DNA of 64,000 nucleotides from an uncultured Actinomycetes bacterium (GTDB lineage Bacteria; Actinomycetota; Acidimicrobiia; Acidimicrobiales; Ilumatobacteraceae), in assembly GCA_963847945.1 (NCBI GenBank), contig CAWKBX010000009.1, positions 583,915 through 647,914 on the forward strand, in the 5' to 3' direction. The translations under genes and the position numbers were made by a program. Shown here one piece after another: positions 9,033-18,994 of this stretch (positions within the stretch are counted from its first letter, which is position 1; the number at the start of each line of letters is the position of its first letter). Under the pieces are notes generated by a model. It made no database searches. It was given only the letters and a program-made list of their open reading frames with translations, and was not told the origin of the DNA.

Positions 9033-10373
9033 TTACGCGGCCTTCGGGTAGCGGATGGTGCCCATGAGTTGATGCAGGCCCTGGTCATGGAACCAGGCGG
9101 GTGTCCAGCGGGCTGCTTGACCAGCACGTAGGTTGCGCCCACGCTTCTTGATCAACAACCGTTTCAGCCGCCACACGACATGGCGATCGAGCTGCACGAA
9201 CTTGTTGGCTGCGTTCCCAGTCCGAAAGTAGTTGCCCCATCCCCGAAGGAACAGGTTCAACTCGCCGATGACGACCGGCAGGTCAGCACCGACACGTTTC
9301 CGACCGGTCAGGTCCTTGATCCGTTGGCGTGCCCGTTTCATGCTCCGAGCCGATGGCCAGCGGTGCAGGTAGTAACGCACGATGCGTTGCTGCTCCCACA
9401 AGCGTCCCGACATCCGAGCCCGAAAATGGCAACCCAGGAAATCGAACCCTTCACACCCCTCCCGAAGATCGACCACACGGGTCTTGTCCGGGTGAAGTTC
9501 CAGACCGAGTTCACCCATCATCTCGACAGCGAGACGATGCGCGTGTTCGGCCTGATCCCGGGTCTCACAGAGCACCACGAAGTCATCCGCATAACGGACA
9601 AGCTTCCCGGTTCCATGCTCGGCCCAAGCGTGATCAAACGCATCCAAGAAGATGTTGGCCAACAACGGTGAGATCACCCCACCCTGGGGGGTGCCCGTGA
9701 CCGTCGTCTGGTGCACCCCATCGACCAACACCCCAGCCGTCAACCACTGACGGACCAGTTTGAGCACCCGACGATCCGACACCCGACGCTCAACAAGCGC
9801 CATCAGCCGAACATGATCGATCGACCCGAAGAAATCTCGGATATCGGCCTCGAAGACGAACTGGTCGCCTTTCGGGAACGCCACCCTGATCGCTTCCATC
9901 GCATCAGTGGCGGAACGTTTCGGGCGGAACCCGAAACTACACGCCAAGAAATCGGCCTCGAACAACGGCTCAAGAACGATCTTGACGGCCTGCTGCGCCA
10001 CCCGATCACGAACAGTCGGGATACCCAACGGCCGTTTACGGCCATCCGGCTTCGGTATCTCCACCCGCCGCACCGGCAACGGGTAATACCTCCCTGCACG
10101 AAGATCCCCAGCCAACTCATCCAACATTCGATGAACCCCGGAATCCTCAACCGCTGCCACCGTGACCTTGTCGATCCCGGCAGCACCACGATTCTCACGC
10201 ACACGTTCCCACGCCTCCCACAAGACGTCACTCCTGTGAACACGGTCAAACAGGGCATGGAAACGCCTACCCTCAGACTGCTTGGCAGCAGCCCATAGCC
10301 GATTCTGAAGTTGTCGCACTTTCACCGGAGCCTTACGACCCCGAGGGTGGTTGGACCGGGCGGTCCCGGTCAT
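9033..10373 (-). CDS. group II intron-encoded reverse transcriptase/maturase
   Basis: RT motifs 0-7 (RPLGIPTVRDRVAQQA, FGFRP, GTPQGGVISPLLANIFL, YADDFVV) plus a maturase X domain; the start is taken at MTGTARSN. Confidence 0.9.
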   Translation of the reverse strand: MTGTARSNHPRGRKAPVKVRQLQNRLWAAAKQSEGRRFHALFDRVHRSDVLWEAWERVRENRGAAGIDKVTVAAVEDSGVHRMLDELAGDLRAGRYYPLPVRRVEIPKPDGRKRPLGIPTVRDRVAQQAVKIVLEPLFEADFLACSFGFRPKRSATDAMEAIRVAFPKGDQFVFEADIRDFFGSIDHVRLMALVERRVSDRRVLKLVRQWLTAGVLVDGVHQTTVTGTPQGGVISPLLANIFLDAFDHAWAEHGTGKLVRYADDFVVLCETRDQAEHAHRLAVEMMGELGLELHPDKTRVVDLREGCEGFDFLGCHFRARMSGRLWEQQRIVRYYLHRWPSARSMKRARQRIKDLTGRKRVGADLPVVIGELNLFLRGWGNYFRTGNAANKFVQLDRHVVWRLKRLLIKKRGRNLRAGQAARWTPAWFHDQGLHQLMGTIRYPKAA

Positions 10374-10943
10374 GCCCTCACGCTTACCCCCATAACCAGC
10401 ACGCCCGAAGCCGGGGCCCTTCCCTCCCGCCACGTTGTGTTGCATGGCGATCTGCGGTACTACGACCCCGTCGGACTCCCGCTGCGCTCCGGATGATTTC
10501 ACCACTGGCTTATACATCCGGTCTTTGCTGACAAGGCTGCGCAGACGGGCCTCTCCTGTTCCGAACCAAACCTTGCGTACGTGCCACTTCCCATACCCCG
10601 GAAGAACCCGCCAAGTGCATCTCCGACACGCACCCAACGGACATGGCCTTCACCGTGAAATGAGCGGCTCGGCTTCTTCGTTGTGGATCTGACGAGGCTG
10701 CAGAATTCGCTTGATGCTGCGGCCCGCACGCTTGCTCCCTCCCTACAGAGGCTTTCGACACCCCGCTCAGCCCGCGACCTCTCGATCACGAACCGGGGCC
10801 TGCTACCGGGCGCGTCGGCGCTTACCCGGACGGGACTCACACCCGCTGGTCTGGTCCAGCTTTCAGGACGCAACATTGGCTGATCCTACGACCCCTTCGC
10901 CGCGAGTCATCGGGTCGCCACGACCGGCTTTAGGCTGGGCGAT

Positions 10944-12311
10944 GTGAGTGACAACCCGGGCAATGACGAATCGGAGTTCGACGAGTCAGCCTTCGATGAA
11001 TCAACGTTCGATGAGTCCGCGTTCGAGGGCATCAACTTCGACGAGTCTGCGCCCGATGCGACGATCGATGACGCCAATCCGGCGGCGGCCGGCAACCCGT
11101 TCGGGGGTCTGCTCGGAGCCGGGGCCGGAGGGCCGGGTGGTGCGGGCGGCGGGAATCCGTTCGCCGGGATTCCGATGTTCTCTGAGATCGCCAAGATGAT
11201 GCAGACCCAGGGGCCACTCAACTGGGACATCGCCCGTCAGATGGCGATGTCGTCGGCCACCGGTGGCCAAGCCGAGGTCAATGTCGATCCGCTCGTGCGC
11301 ATCAGCTTCAACGACCTTGCCCGTATCGCCGACATGCACGTCCAGAACCTCACCGGGCTCGACACGACGGTCGGCGGTCGCAACATCGAGATCGCCACCA
11401 CCACCTCGGGCGGTTGGGCCCAACGCACCCTCGATGCCTACAAGCCATTGATGACCGAGTTGGCCACCTCACTCGGTCAGCGCGGACCGACCGGCGACGA
11501 TCCCGAAACCGGCGATCCGTTCGCGGCGATGCTCGCCGGCATCGGCCAGATGATGGGTCCGTCGATGCTCGGGATGGCCGTCGGTGGCATGGTCGGGCAA
11601 CTCGGGGCCCGGGCGTTCGGTCAATATGACCTGCCGATTCCTCGACCGCCGAGCCACGAGTTGCTCGTGGTGCCGGCAACGATCGACGCCTTCGCCAAAG
11701 CGTGGAGCCTCTCCGTCGATGAGCTGCGGCTGTGGGCCTGCCTGCAGGAGATCGCTACCCATGCCGTCCTCAATGTCTCGCACGTTCGTGCCGAGTTGGA
11801 GCGTCTGCTCCGTTCGCACGTTGCCGGGTTCCGGCCCGATGCCTCGGCGTTGATGGACAAGCTCGAGGGCCTTGAGTTCGGCGACGCCGACCCGGCAACG
11901 GCGTTGCAACGCACGCTCGGCGACCCCGAGGTGCTGCTCGGAGCGGTGCAGACGCCCGAACAACTCGCCCAACTCCCCCGCCTCGACGCGATCGTTGCCA
12001 CGATTATCGGCTATGTCGACCACGTTGTCGACCGGGCCGCGGGCATGTTGCTCGGTTCGCATCGCCAGATCGGCGAGGCCGTACGACGCCGGCGGGTGGA
12101 AAGCTCACCCGAGGACATTTTCGTGGAACGACTCCTCGGGCTGCGACTTTCGCGCCAGCAGGTGGAGCGGGGCCGCACCTTCGTCGACGGTGTGCTCGAA
12201 CGAGCCGGTGAGGACGGGCTCGCCCGATTGTTCGCTACCGCCGGCAACCTGCCGACCCCGGCCGAGATCGACGCCCCCGGGCTCTGGCTCGCCCGCCTCG
12301 ATATCGGCTGA
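10944..12311 (+). CDS. DUF2342/zincin-like metallopeptidase family protein with an acidic repeat N-terminus; HExxH is replaced by QExxH
   Basis: Typical family architecture, length and GTG start. The expected zinc motif reads LQEIATHAV, with the first His encoded as Gln (CAG). Confidence 0.65.
   Translation: MSDNPGNDESEFDESAFDESTFDESAFEGINFDESAPDATIDDANPAAAGNPFGGLLGAGAGGPGGAGGGNPFAGIPMFSEIAKMMQTQGPLNWDIARQMAMSSATGGQAEVNVDPLVRISFNDLARIADMHVQNLTGLDTTVGGRNIEIATTTSGGWAQRTLDAYKPLMTELATSLGQRGPTGDDPETGDPFAAMLAGIGQMMGPSMLGMAVGGMVGQLGARAFGQYDLPIPRPPSHELLVVPATIDAFAKAWSLSVDELRLWACLQEIATHAVLNVSHVRAELERLLRSHVAGFRPDASALMDKLEGLEFGDADPATALQRTLGDPEVLLGAVQTPEQLAQLPRLDAIVATIIGYVDHVVDRAAGMLLGSHRQIGEAVRRRRVESSPEDIFVERLLGLRLSRQQVERGRTFVDGVLERAGEDGLARLFATAGNLPTPAEIDAPGLWLARLDIG
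10968..11052 (+). repeat. 15-nt imperfect tandem repeat (x5) encoding (E/D)ES(A/T/E)FDES inside the CDS
   Basis: gagtc(a/c)gc(c/g)ttcga(t/c) units encoding ESEFDESAFDESTFDESAFEGINFDESAPD. Confidence 0.6.
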
Positions 12312-12333
12312 ACCGCCCACAGCCCGACCAGCG

Positions 12334-13098
12334 CTAACCGCTGCGGCCCCGTAACGCAGCAAGTTCCGCTTCGAGCGCCGCAATCCGCTCGCCGTACTCG
12401 GCAGACAGCGCCGCAGTACGACGCTGCTCCTCGTCCGCGCGGGCCGATTCGACGTCGGCGCGTTCGGTCTCGACGTCGGCTCGATGGTCTGCTTGGTCGG
12501 CGCGATTCATCTCGTCGACCAGCCAACCGAACGGATCGTCACCCGGACGGACCATGCGACCTGCCAGACAGCACACGCCGAGATCTCGACCGACGAGCGC
12601 AAACGTGATGCCCAGGCCCGGGCTCGGAATCCCGATGGCCGAGCGCTCGATGAGCGCCTCGCCATCGAGTTCGGCCCGCACGATCGTCTCGCGGCGAGGA
12701 TCGAGTACATAAACCTCGGGAACCCCCAGCCGCAACAGCCGACGACAGCGCCGCTGGATGTCGGCGGCGGTGTTCGACGGCGACAGGATCTCGAGGCACA
12801 CCGACGGCACTGGATCGCCCTCGCCGGGCTCGTAGCGACCAAAGCTTCGCCCCGCCGCACCCGGTATGACCATGAGGTCTGGAGCGGTGTGCGGGTCGCC
12901 GTCGGACGGGGCGAAGGCGACGTTGCCGGTGACCAGATGGTCGGTGCCGGCCAAGGCGTGACGGACGGAGTTGAGGAGCACCAGGCCCCAATCAACGTGC
13001 GCGGTGGACTCCATGAGCGGGTTCTGCTCTTCCCCGGGCAGATGCGCGTAGTCCACCGGTGGGTAATCACTCACGGCTGGAACGGTATCGCGTTTCAT
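12334..13098 (-). CDS. Uma2 family (DUF820) endonuclease-like protein with a C-terminal coiled-coil
   Basis: Uma2 core including EILSPSN; the tail is rich in ERADVE/AALEAELAALR heptad-like repeats. Confidence 0.65.
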   Translation of the reverse strand: MKRDTVPAVSDYPPVDYAHLPGEEQNPLMESTAHVDWGLVLLNSVRHALAGTDHLVTGNVAFAPSDGDPHTAPDLMVIPGAAGRSFGRYEPGEGDPVPSVCLEILSPSNTAADIQRRCRRLLRLGVPEVYVLDPRRETIVRAELDGEALIERSAIGIPSPGLGITFALVGRDLGVCCLAGRMVRPGDDPFGWLVDEMNRADQADHRADVETERADVESARADEEQRRTAALSAEYGERIAALEAELAALRGRSG

Positions 13099-13293
13099 CT
13101 CTCTCCCGATCTGCGTAGTTGGTCAATGGGTTGCCGGGGAAGCAACCGTGACCATACGCAAGGGGTGCGCGACAGTTTCCGAGTCAGTCCGATGAGGGCG
13201 GGTTGACGCCTCGCCGGCGCAGAATCTGGTCAGCCCGATCAAGACTCGTCGGGCGCATCCGCTTGAGAAATCGCGAATCCGCCGAACGGCGAC

Positions 13294-14715
13294 CTAGCGG
13301 TCGGGGCGAGGAGGGCGGAGTGAGCCGCGGGTGGGGGTGCCTTCGCGGCGTTGTTCGATGCGTTTGTTGAGCTCTCGCTTGGCCCGACCGGTCAGGGTTT
13401 GCGGCACCGGCAGGCCTTTGCGGACGCGCTGCATGCTGATCATGTAGGTCGCCATGGCGAAGGCCGCGAGGGCGCCGACGATGGCGAATCCGAGCGAGCC
13501 GGGGATGGAGATCAACACCGGCACGATGCCGGCGGCCACCCACGCCAATTGGAACTTGGTTTCGAACTGGGCGAACGCCCGGCCCTGGTTGGCGCCGCGG
13601 GCGTCACGCTGAACCGTCGAGTCGAACGCCAACCGACCAATGGCGGCGGCCATGTTCACCGCGGCCATCAGCAGCAGGGCGGCGAGTACCCCACCGACGA
13701 GGGCCGCGCCGACTCCGGCGATCGCCGTGAATCCGAGAGCGCCGATCAACATCAGTTCCTCGCGCACCGATCGGCGGATGAAGGGGCCGAGCGTGTTGCC
13801 GATCATCGTGCCGATCGCCGCCAACCCCACTCCCAAACCGAACCACAGGGTCCCGGTGTTCTGATCGGCATGCCGCAGCCAAAAGGCCAGGTGAAAAAAC
13901 AAAAACCCAACGGACGCCCGCAACAGCCCCATCGCCGTCGCGGCCAACAGAATCACGGGAGAACGCAACTCCAACTGCTCGTCGCGGCCTACGCGATCGG
14001 CGGCGACCACCTCGCGTGGCAGCTGGGCGGCGGCCAGCAAGGCCGCGAGGAACACCAGGACATCGAAACCCAACGTCGCCCGGTCGCTGATCAGGTGCAG
14101 CAGGCCGGCGGGGATCGCGGCAAGAAACCCGACCACGCCCGAGATCACGCCGAGCTTCGAGTTTGCCTCGACCAACTCCTCCTCACCGCTGACCACCGTC
14201 GGCACGAGCGCAGACTTCGACACCACGTAGGTCTTCTGCAGCACCATGGCCGCGAACGCGAGGGGGAACAGCAGAACGTTGTCGAGGTTGGCCATCATCA
14301 AGATGCTCACCACGGCCCGACCCAGCGCCGTGATCTGCACGACCAGGCGACGACCACCGGCCATCCGGTCGATCACCGGACCGATCAGCGGAGCGACCAC
14401 GGCGAAGGGGGCCACGCTGACGGCCAGGAACAACAGCACCTTGCCACGCGCCGCGGTGGGGCTGATGTCGAGGAACAGCGACCCGGCGAGGGCCACGGCC
14501 ATGACCGCCTCACCGGCGGCCATCAGGGCGTGGGTGCGGGCCAAGAGTTGGAACGGCGTCAGCGGACGACCGGACCGCGTCGTCGATGCTCCGACGCCTC
14601 CGAGCGCCCGGCCCACCCGACCACCTCTGCTGGGAACACGACGGGTCACCACCCGGCGCGGCGGCACCCCGGCGCGACCGCTACCAGGTCGGGAAGTTCG
14701 GCCTGGCTCGGGCAT
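13294..14715 (-). CDS. MFS transporter
   Basis: About 12 hydrophobic helices after an Arg/Pro-rich N-terminus. Confidence 0.8.
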   Translation of the reverse strand: MPEPGRTSRPGSGRAGVPPRRVVTRRVPSRGGRVGRALGGVGASTTRSGRPLTPFQLLARTHALMAAGEAVMAVALAGSLFLDISPTAARGKVLLFLAVSVAPFAVVAPLIGPVIDRMAGGRRLVVQITALGRAVVSILMMANLDNVLLFPLAFAAMVLQKTYVVSKSALVPTVVSGEEELVEANSKLGVISGVVGFLAAIPAGLLHLISDRATLGFDVLVFLAALLAAAQLPREVVAADRVGRDEQLELRSPVILLAATAMGLLRASVGFLFFHLAFWLRHADQNTGTLWFGLGVGLAAIGTMIGNTLGPFIRRSVREELMLIGALGFTAIAGVGAALVGGVLAALLLMAAVNMAAAIGRLAFDSTVQRDARGANQGRAFAQFETKFQLAWVAAGIVPVLISIPGSLGFAIVGALAAFAMATYMISMQRVRKGLPVPQTLTGRAKRELNKRIEQRREGTPTRGSLRPPRPDR

Positions 14716-14862
14716 CGGCCCACTCTACGACGCAGCGATTGAGCCAACGAGTCTGCCGGTGGTGCGCTCGGTGTGCCCGCCGGGCGGACACGGGGGAAAC
14801 GCTGGTACGTGAGCAGACCGGCGACGCTGTTCTCCCCTTGTTCGACTGCCGATGATCCACGT

Positions 14863-14893
14863 GTTACCCAGCGGACACCACCGATTTACCCAA
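14863..14893 (+). promoter_or_regulatory. candidate Pho box: direct repeats GTTACCCA / TTTACCCA spaced 23 nt, 50-80 nt upstream of phoX
   Basis: Direct repeat of a (G/T)TTACC core, as for OmpR-family PhoP/RegX3 sites; a similar repeat lies upstream of pstS. Confidence 0.35.
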
Positions 14894-14940
14894 ATTTTCT
14901 AGTGTCGGTGACGTACGCAAACCGAAGGTGAGGACTCTTT

Positions 14941-16968
14941 ATGCCCAACGTCGACGACGACATCGAGACGAACACGAGCTCAAATCCGCAGCTCTCCGAC
15001 ATCGTTGCAACGCAACTCTCGCGCCGCCGGGCCCTCCAGGTCGGTGGCCTGGTGGCCGGCGCTGCGTTCTTCGCCGGTCGCGGCGCACGACCGGCCGCCG
15101 CAATCCCGGGCGATCCCGCGCCGGCCGATCCCGCCGCACCGGAGGTCGCCGAGGTCGCCATCACGGCGGCACCGCTGATCGGGTTCGCCAGCGTGCCGCT
15201 GAACAGCGACGATGCGATCACCGTGCCCCCCGGCTACACCGCCCGACTGCTGTTCGCCTGGGGCGATCCGGTGGGCAAGGGTCCGGCGTTCAAGTTCGAC
15301 GCCTCCCAGGATTGGAAGACCCAGGCGCTCCAGGGCGGCATGCATCACGATGGCATCTTCTACTTCCCCAAGGACGACGACGAGGAGTCCACCGAAGGCC
15401 TGTTGTGCATCAATCACGAGTACGTCGATCAGGGGCTGTTGTTCCCTGACGGCATGGCCACCTGGACGGCCGACAAGGTCCGCAAGGCTCTCGCCGCCCA
15501 CGGGGTGTCGGTCATCGAGGTCGAAGCCGACGGCGATGAGCCGTGGGCCGTCGTGCGGGGTTCGAAGCGCGCACGGCGCATCACCGGCGTCACCCCCACC
15601 AAGGTCGTCGGCCCGGCCGCCGGATCGGCCCTGCTGCAGACCACCGATGACCCGAAGGGCACCAAGGTGCTCGGGACGCTGAACAACTGCGGCAGCGGCC
15701 AGACCCCGTGGGGCACGTACGTCACCTGCGAAGAGAACTTCAACGGCTACTTCGGATGGGACGGCACCTACACCCCGACCGCCGAGCAGGCCCGCTACGG
15801 CCTCGCCAAGGACGGCTTCGGCTACCGCTGGCATGACTTCGACCCTCGCTTCAACGTGCGACTGAACCCCAATGAGCCCAACCGCTTCGGCTGGAACGTC
15901 GAGATCGACCCCTACGACCCGAAGAGCACCCCGCTCAAGCTCACCGCCCTCGGCCGGTTCAAGCACGAGAGCGTGGCGTTCCGCCTCACCGCCGATGGTC
16001 GACCCGTGTGCTATTCGGGCGACGACGAGCGCAACAACTACCTCTACAAGTTCGTCGGCAAGCACACCGTGCGTCAGGCCAAGAAGCGCAAGATCAGCCC
16101 GCTGGCCGAAGGCACGCTGTATGTCGCTCGCTTCAATGCGGGTCCGGTCGTCGGCGACGAGATGGGCGTCGGCGAGTGGCTGCCGCTGACCACCGACAAC
16201 CCGGCATTGGCCGGCATGTCAATCGACCAGATCCTCGTCCATGCCCGGGTGGCCGCCGACAAGGCGGGAGCGACCAAACTCGACCGCCCCGAATGGGTCA
16301 CCATCGCCCCCGACAATCTGGGCTACGTGGCCTTGACCAACAACAGCCGCCGCGGTCGCACGACGACCAATCCGAGCGAGAACCCGAACTCCGTCGCCGA
16401 CGAGGCCAACCCGCGAGCGGCGACCGGAGCTGGCAACCCCTACGGTCAGATCGTCCGCTGGTCAGAAGATGGCGATGCCGACGCGACGACGTTCACGTGG
16501 GACATCTTCATCCTCGCCGGCGATCCGGCCAACCCGGCGGCCCTCGATGGCTACAAGCCGGGCGGCAGCGTGGTCGGCGACATGTTCGGCTCTCCTGATG
16601 GCCTGTGGGCCGATGCCGATGGTCGCATCTGGATTCAGACCGACATCTCGACCAGCACGCTGGGGGCCGGGCCGTATGTGAACATCTCGAACAACATGAT
16701 GTTGGCTGCCGATCCGGTCACCAAGGAAGCCCGGCGTTTCCTCGTCGGCCCGAAGGGTTGCGAGGTGACCGGCGTCTGCACGACCCCCGACCAGCGCACG
16801 ATGTTCGTCGACATCCAGCACCCGGGCGAGCCGGCCAGTGAGACGAACGATCCGGCCAATCCTCAGGCGATCAGCAACTGGCCCGACTTCCGCCCGATCG
16901 GTCAGGGTCGCCCCCGCTCGGCGACCGTGGTCATCACCAAAGACGACGGCGGCATCATCGGAACGTGA
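14941..16968 (+). CDS. phoX: PhoX family alkaline phosphatase (Tat-secreted)
   Basis: Twin-arginine signal SRRRALQVGGLVAGAAFFAG; characteristic PhoX/DUF839 length and motifs; an RBS (aaggtgagg) precedes the ATG. Confidence 0.9.
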   Translation: MPNVDDDIETNTSSNPQLSDIVATQLSRRRALQVGGLVAGAAFFAGRGARPAAAIPGDPAPADPAAPEVAEVAITAAPLIGFASVPLNSDDAITVPPGYTARLLFAWGDPVGKGPAFKFDASQDWKTQALQGGMHHDGIFYFPKDDDEESTEGLLCINHEYVDQGLLFPDGMATWTADKVRKALAAHGVSVIEVEADGDEPWAVVRGSKRARRITGVTPTKVVGPAAGSALLQTTDDPKGTKVLGTLNNCGSGQTPWGTYVTCEENFNGYFGWDGTYTPTAEQARYGLAKDGFGYRWHDFDPRFNVRLNPNEPNRFGWNVEIDPYDPKSTPLKLTALGRFKHESVAFRLTADGRPVCYSGDDERNNYLYKFVGKHTVRQAKKRKISPLAEGTLYVARFNAGPVVGDEMGVGEWLPLTTDNPALAGMSIDQILVHARVAADKAGATKLDRPEWVTIAPDNLGYVALTNNSRRGRTTTNPSENPNSVADEANPRAATGAGNPYGQIVRWSEDGDADATTFTWDIFILAGDPANPAALDGYKPGGSVVGDMFGSPDGLWADADGRIWIQTDISTSTLGAGPYVNISNNMMLAADPVTKEARRFLVGPKGCEVTGVCTTPDQRTMFVDIQHPGEPASETNDPANPQAISNWPDFRPIGQGRPRSATVVITKDDGGIIGT

Positions 16969-17011
16969 CCGCCGCATAGTCCCCCTGCACTTCACCCGGC
17001 AGGGCAACGAC

Positions 17012-17050
17012 AAACGGGCACCATGTGGTCGATCCACATGGTGCCCGTTT
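17012..17050. terminator. perfect 17-bp stem hairpin between the convergent phoX and regX3-like genes (bidirectional terminator candidate)
   Basis: aaacgggcaccatgtgg-tcgat-ccacatggtgcccgttt; a second smaller hairpin (ccctgc..gcaggg) lies at 16983-17004. Confidence 0.6.
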
Positions 17051-17121
17051 CACGTTCCGGCAACGTTTTGGTGGGTCGGACCAGCCGACCGGTCGCCGCT
17101 TGCGGGCGACGACCGCGGACC

Positions 17122-17820
17122 TCAGCGAGGCTTCTCGTATTTGTAGCCGAGGCCTCGAATGGTCACCAGCAGTACTGGGTTGGTCGGATCAGGCTCGATC
17201 CGATTCCGCAGGCGCTTGACATGAACGTCGAGGGTTTTGGTGTCACCCACGTAGTCGGCGCCCCACACCCGATCGATCAGCACGTCGCGGGTCAGCACCC
17301 GGCCGGCGTTCGCCAACAGCAAGTGCAACAGATCGAATTCTTTCAACGGCAGCGTCACCGCCCGTCCGCGGACCGTGACCTCGTGTTGCTCGGGGTCCAA
17401 GGCGACGTCGCCGATGGTCAGCGCTCCTGCGGCAGCTGGTGCGTCGCGCTCCACCGGGACCCGACGGGAGACGGCTCGCATTCGGGCGACCAACTCTCGC
17501 ATCCGGTACGGCTTGGTGATGTAGTCGTCGGCTCCCACCTCCAGGCCGACGACGGTGTCGATCTCCGAACCCTTGGCGGTGACCATGATGATCGGCACCC
17601 GCGATCGTTTACGCAGCTCACGACACACATCGATGCCCGAGACACGCGGCAACATGACATCGAGCAGCACCAGATCGGGCTGCACCTCATCGAATCGGGC
17701 CAGAGCCTCGGCGCCGTCGCGGGCGACCTCGACCCGGAATCCTTCGCGGGCGAGACCGATCCGCAAAGCGTCGATGAACGACTCTTCATCCTCGACGACG
17801 AAAACGGTGATGACGCTCAC
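17122..17820 (-). CDS. OmpR/PhoB-family response regulator (RegX3-like)
   Basis: Receiver domain (VFVVEDEE, LLDVMLP, VTAKG) plus a winged-helix C-terminus (GYKYE); GTG start at 17820. Confidence 0.9.
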   Translation of the reverse strand: MSVITVFVVEDEESFIDALRIGLAREGFRVEVARDGAEALARFDEVQPDLVLLDVMLPRVSGIDVCRELRKRSRVPIIMVTAKGSEIDTVVGLEVGADDYITKPYRMRELVARMRAVSRRVPVERDAPAAAGALTIGDVALDPEQHEVTVRGRAVTLPLKEFDLLHLLLANAGRVLTRDVLIDRVWGADYVGDTKTLDVHVKRLRNRIEPDPTNPVLLVTIRGLGYKYEKPR

Positions 17821-17824
17821 AGGT

Positions 17825-18986
17825 TCAACGCTCCTCTGGTTCCAGATGGCTATCGGCCGGGACTCGCAGTGTGAATGTGCTGCCCTGGCCTTCCTCGGAA
17901 TGGACGAAAATCTCGCCGCCGTGGTTGACCGCGACGTGACGTACGATCGCCAAACCCAACCCGGTCCCACCCGTGTCGCGTGATCGCGCCCGGTCGACTC
18001 GGTAGAAGCGTTCGAAGATGCGCTCGAGGTGTTGCTGACCGATCCCCATGCCGCGATCGGCCACGATGACGTCGACCCATTGCCCATCGTTGGCCGCACC
18101 GATCGTCACCGGGTCGCCATCGGCGGAGTACTTGACCGCGTTGTCGAGCAGGTTGGCGACCGCCGAGACGAGTTGCCGGCGATCTCCGACCAGACGTGTG
18201 TCGGCGATACTGCGGTCGACGACGACCCGCACTCCTCGGAGTTCGGCCAGTTGATTGACCCGCTCCACGGCGTCTTCAACGACCGATCGGAGGGCGACGA
18301 CGTCGCGAACCGGCTCACCTCCGAGCTCGATGCGCGACAGCTCAAGCAGGTCGTCGATGGTCCGCGCCAGGCGCGTCGACTCGCGCACCACCTTGCCGGC
18401 GAGGCGTCGCGCGGTAGGGAAGTCGTCGACGTCGGCCAGCGTTTCGGCGAGGAGCGACATCGCCCCGACCGGCGTCTTCAGCTCGTGGCTGATGTTGGCG
18501 ACGAAGTCGGTACGCACGGCATCAAGGCGCGTGCGCTCGGTGACGTCTGAGACGGTCACCAGCCAACCACCTGGATCGTCGGCGAGTTGGACACCCTGGA
18601 GTTGCAGGGTGCGCGGCGGTGGACCCTGCAGCGCAACGATTCGCCGGGCAACCCGATTCGTCTGGTGATCGGCCAGCAGTTGTTCAACCGCTTCGCCGAC
18701 CAGCGCATCGCCATAACGGGACCCGACGACCCGTTCGACCGACGCATTACGCAGCAGCACCCGAGCCGAACCGTCGGTGAGCATGACCCCGACGTCGAGC
18801 GCATCGAGCGACACTCGCAAGCGATGGGCATCGGCTTCGGCGGCCAGAGCCCGCTCCTCGGCGCGTTCGCGACTCCTGGCGGTCCGATCGAGCCCGCGCC
18901 ACGGAGGCCTTGAGGCGGCGGTGGATGACCAGCCAGGTCACCAGCACCCCGATGAGCGCCCCGAGCGCGAGCAGAGCGACGGGCAT
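17825..18986 (-). CDS. sensor histidine kinase (SenX3-like), one frameshift near 18895
   Basis: HisKA H-box FVANISHELKTP and HATPase_c (GGTGLGLAIV). The N-terminal TM (MPVALLALGALIGVLVTWLVI) is in a different frame from the kinase core. Confidence 0.8.
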
Positions 18987-18994
18987 GGGCGAAC

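Larger units (their letters stand above)
8928..10843 (-). mobile_element. group II intron (bacterial, ~1.9 kb) carrying an RT/maturase ORF; 5' boundary approximate
   Basis: The IEP ORF sits in a domain-IV position. A domain V is seen directly 3' of the ORF stop, followed by a G-rich domain VI-like stem. A candidate 5' GUGUGAG is at 10843; alternative GUGCG sites are at 10729 and 10632. Confidence 0.7.

Noticed and set aside
7916-9142. 408-aa ORF extending the epimerase gene upstream to 9142
   Set aside because: The extra 79 N-terminal codons run through group II intron domains V/VI and the IEP 3' end. The Rossmann motif starts right after the GTG at 8905.
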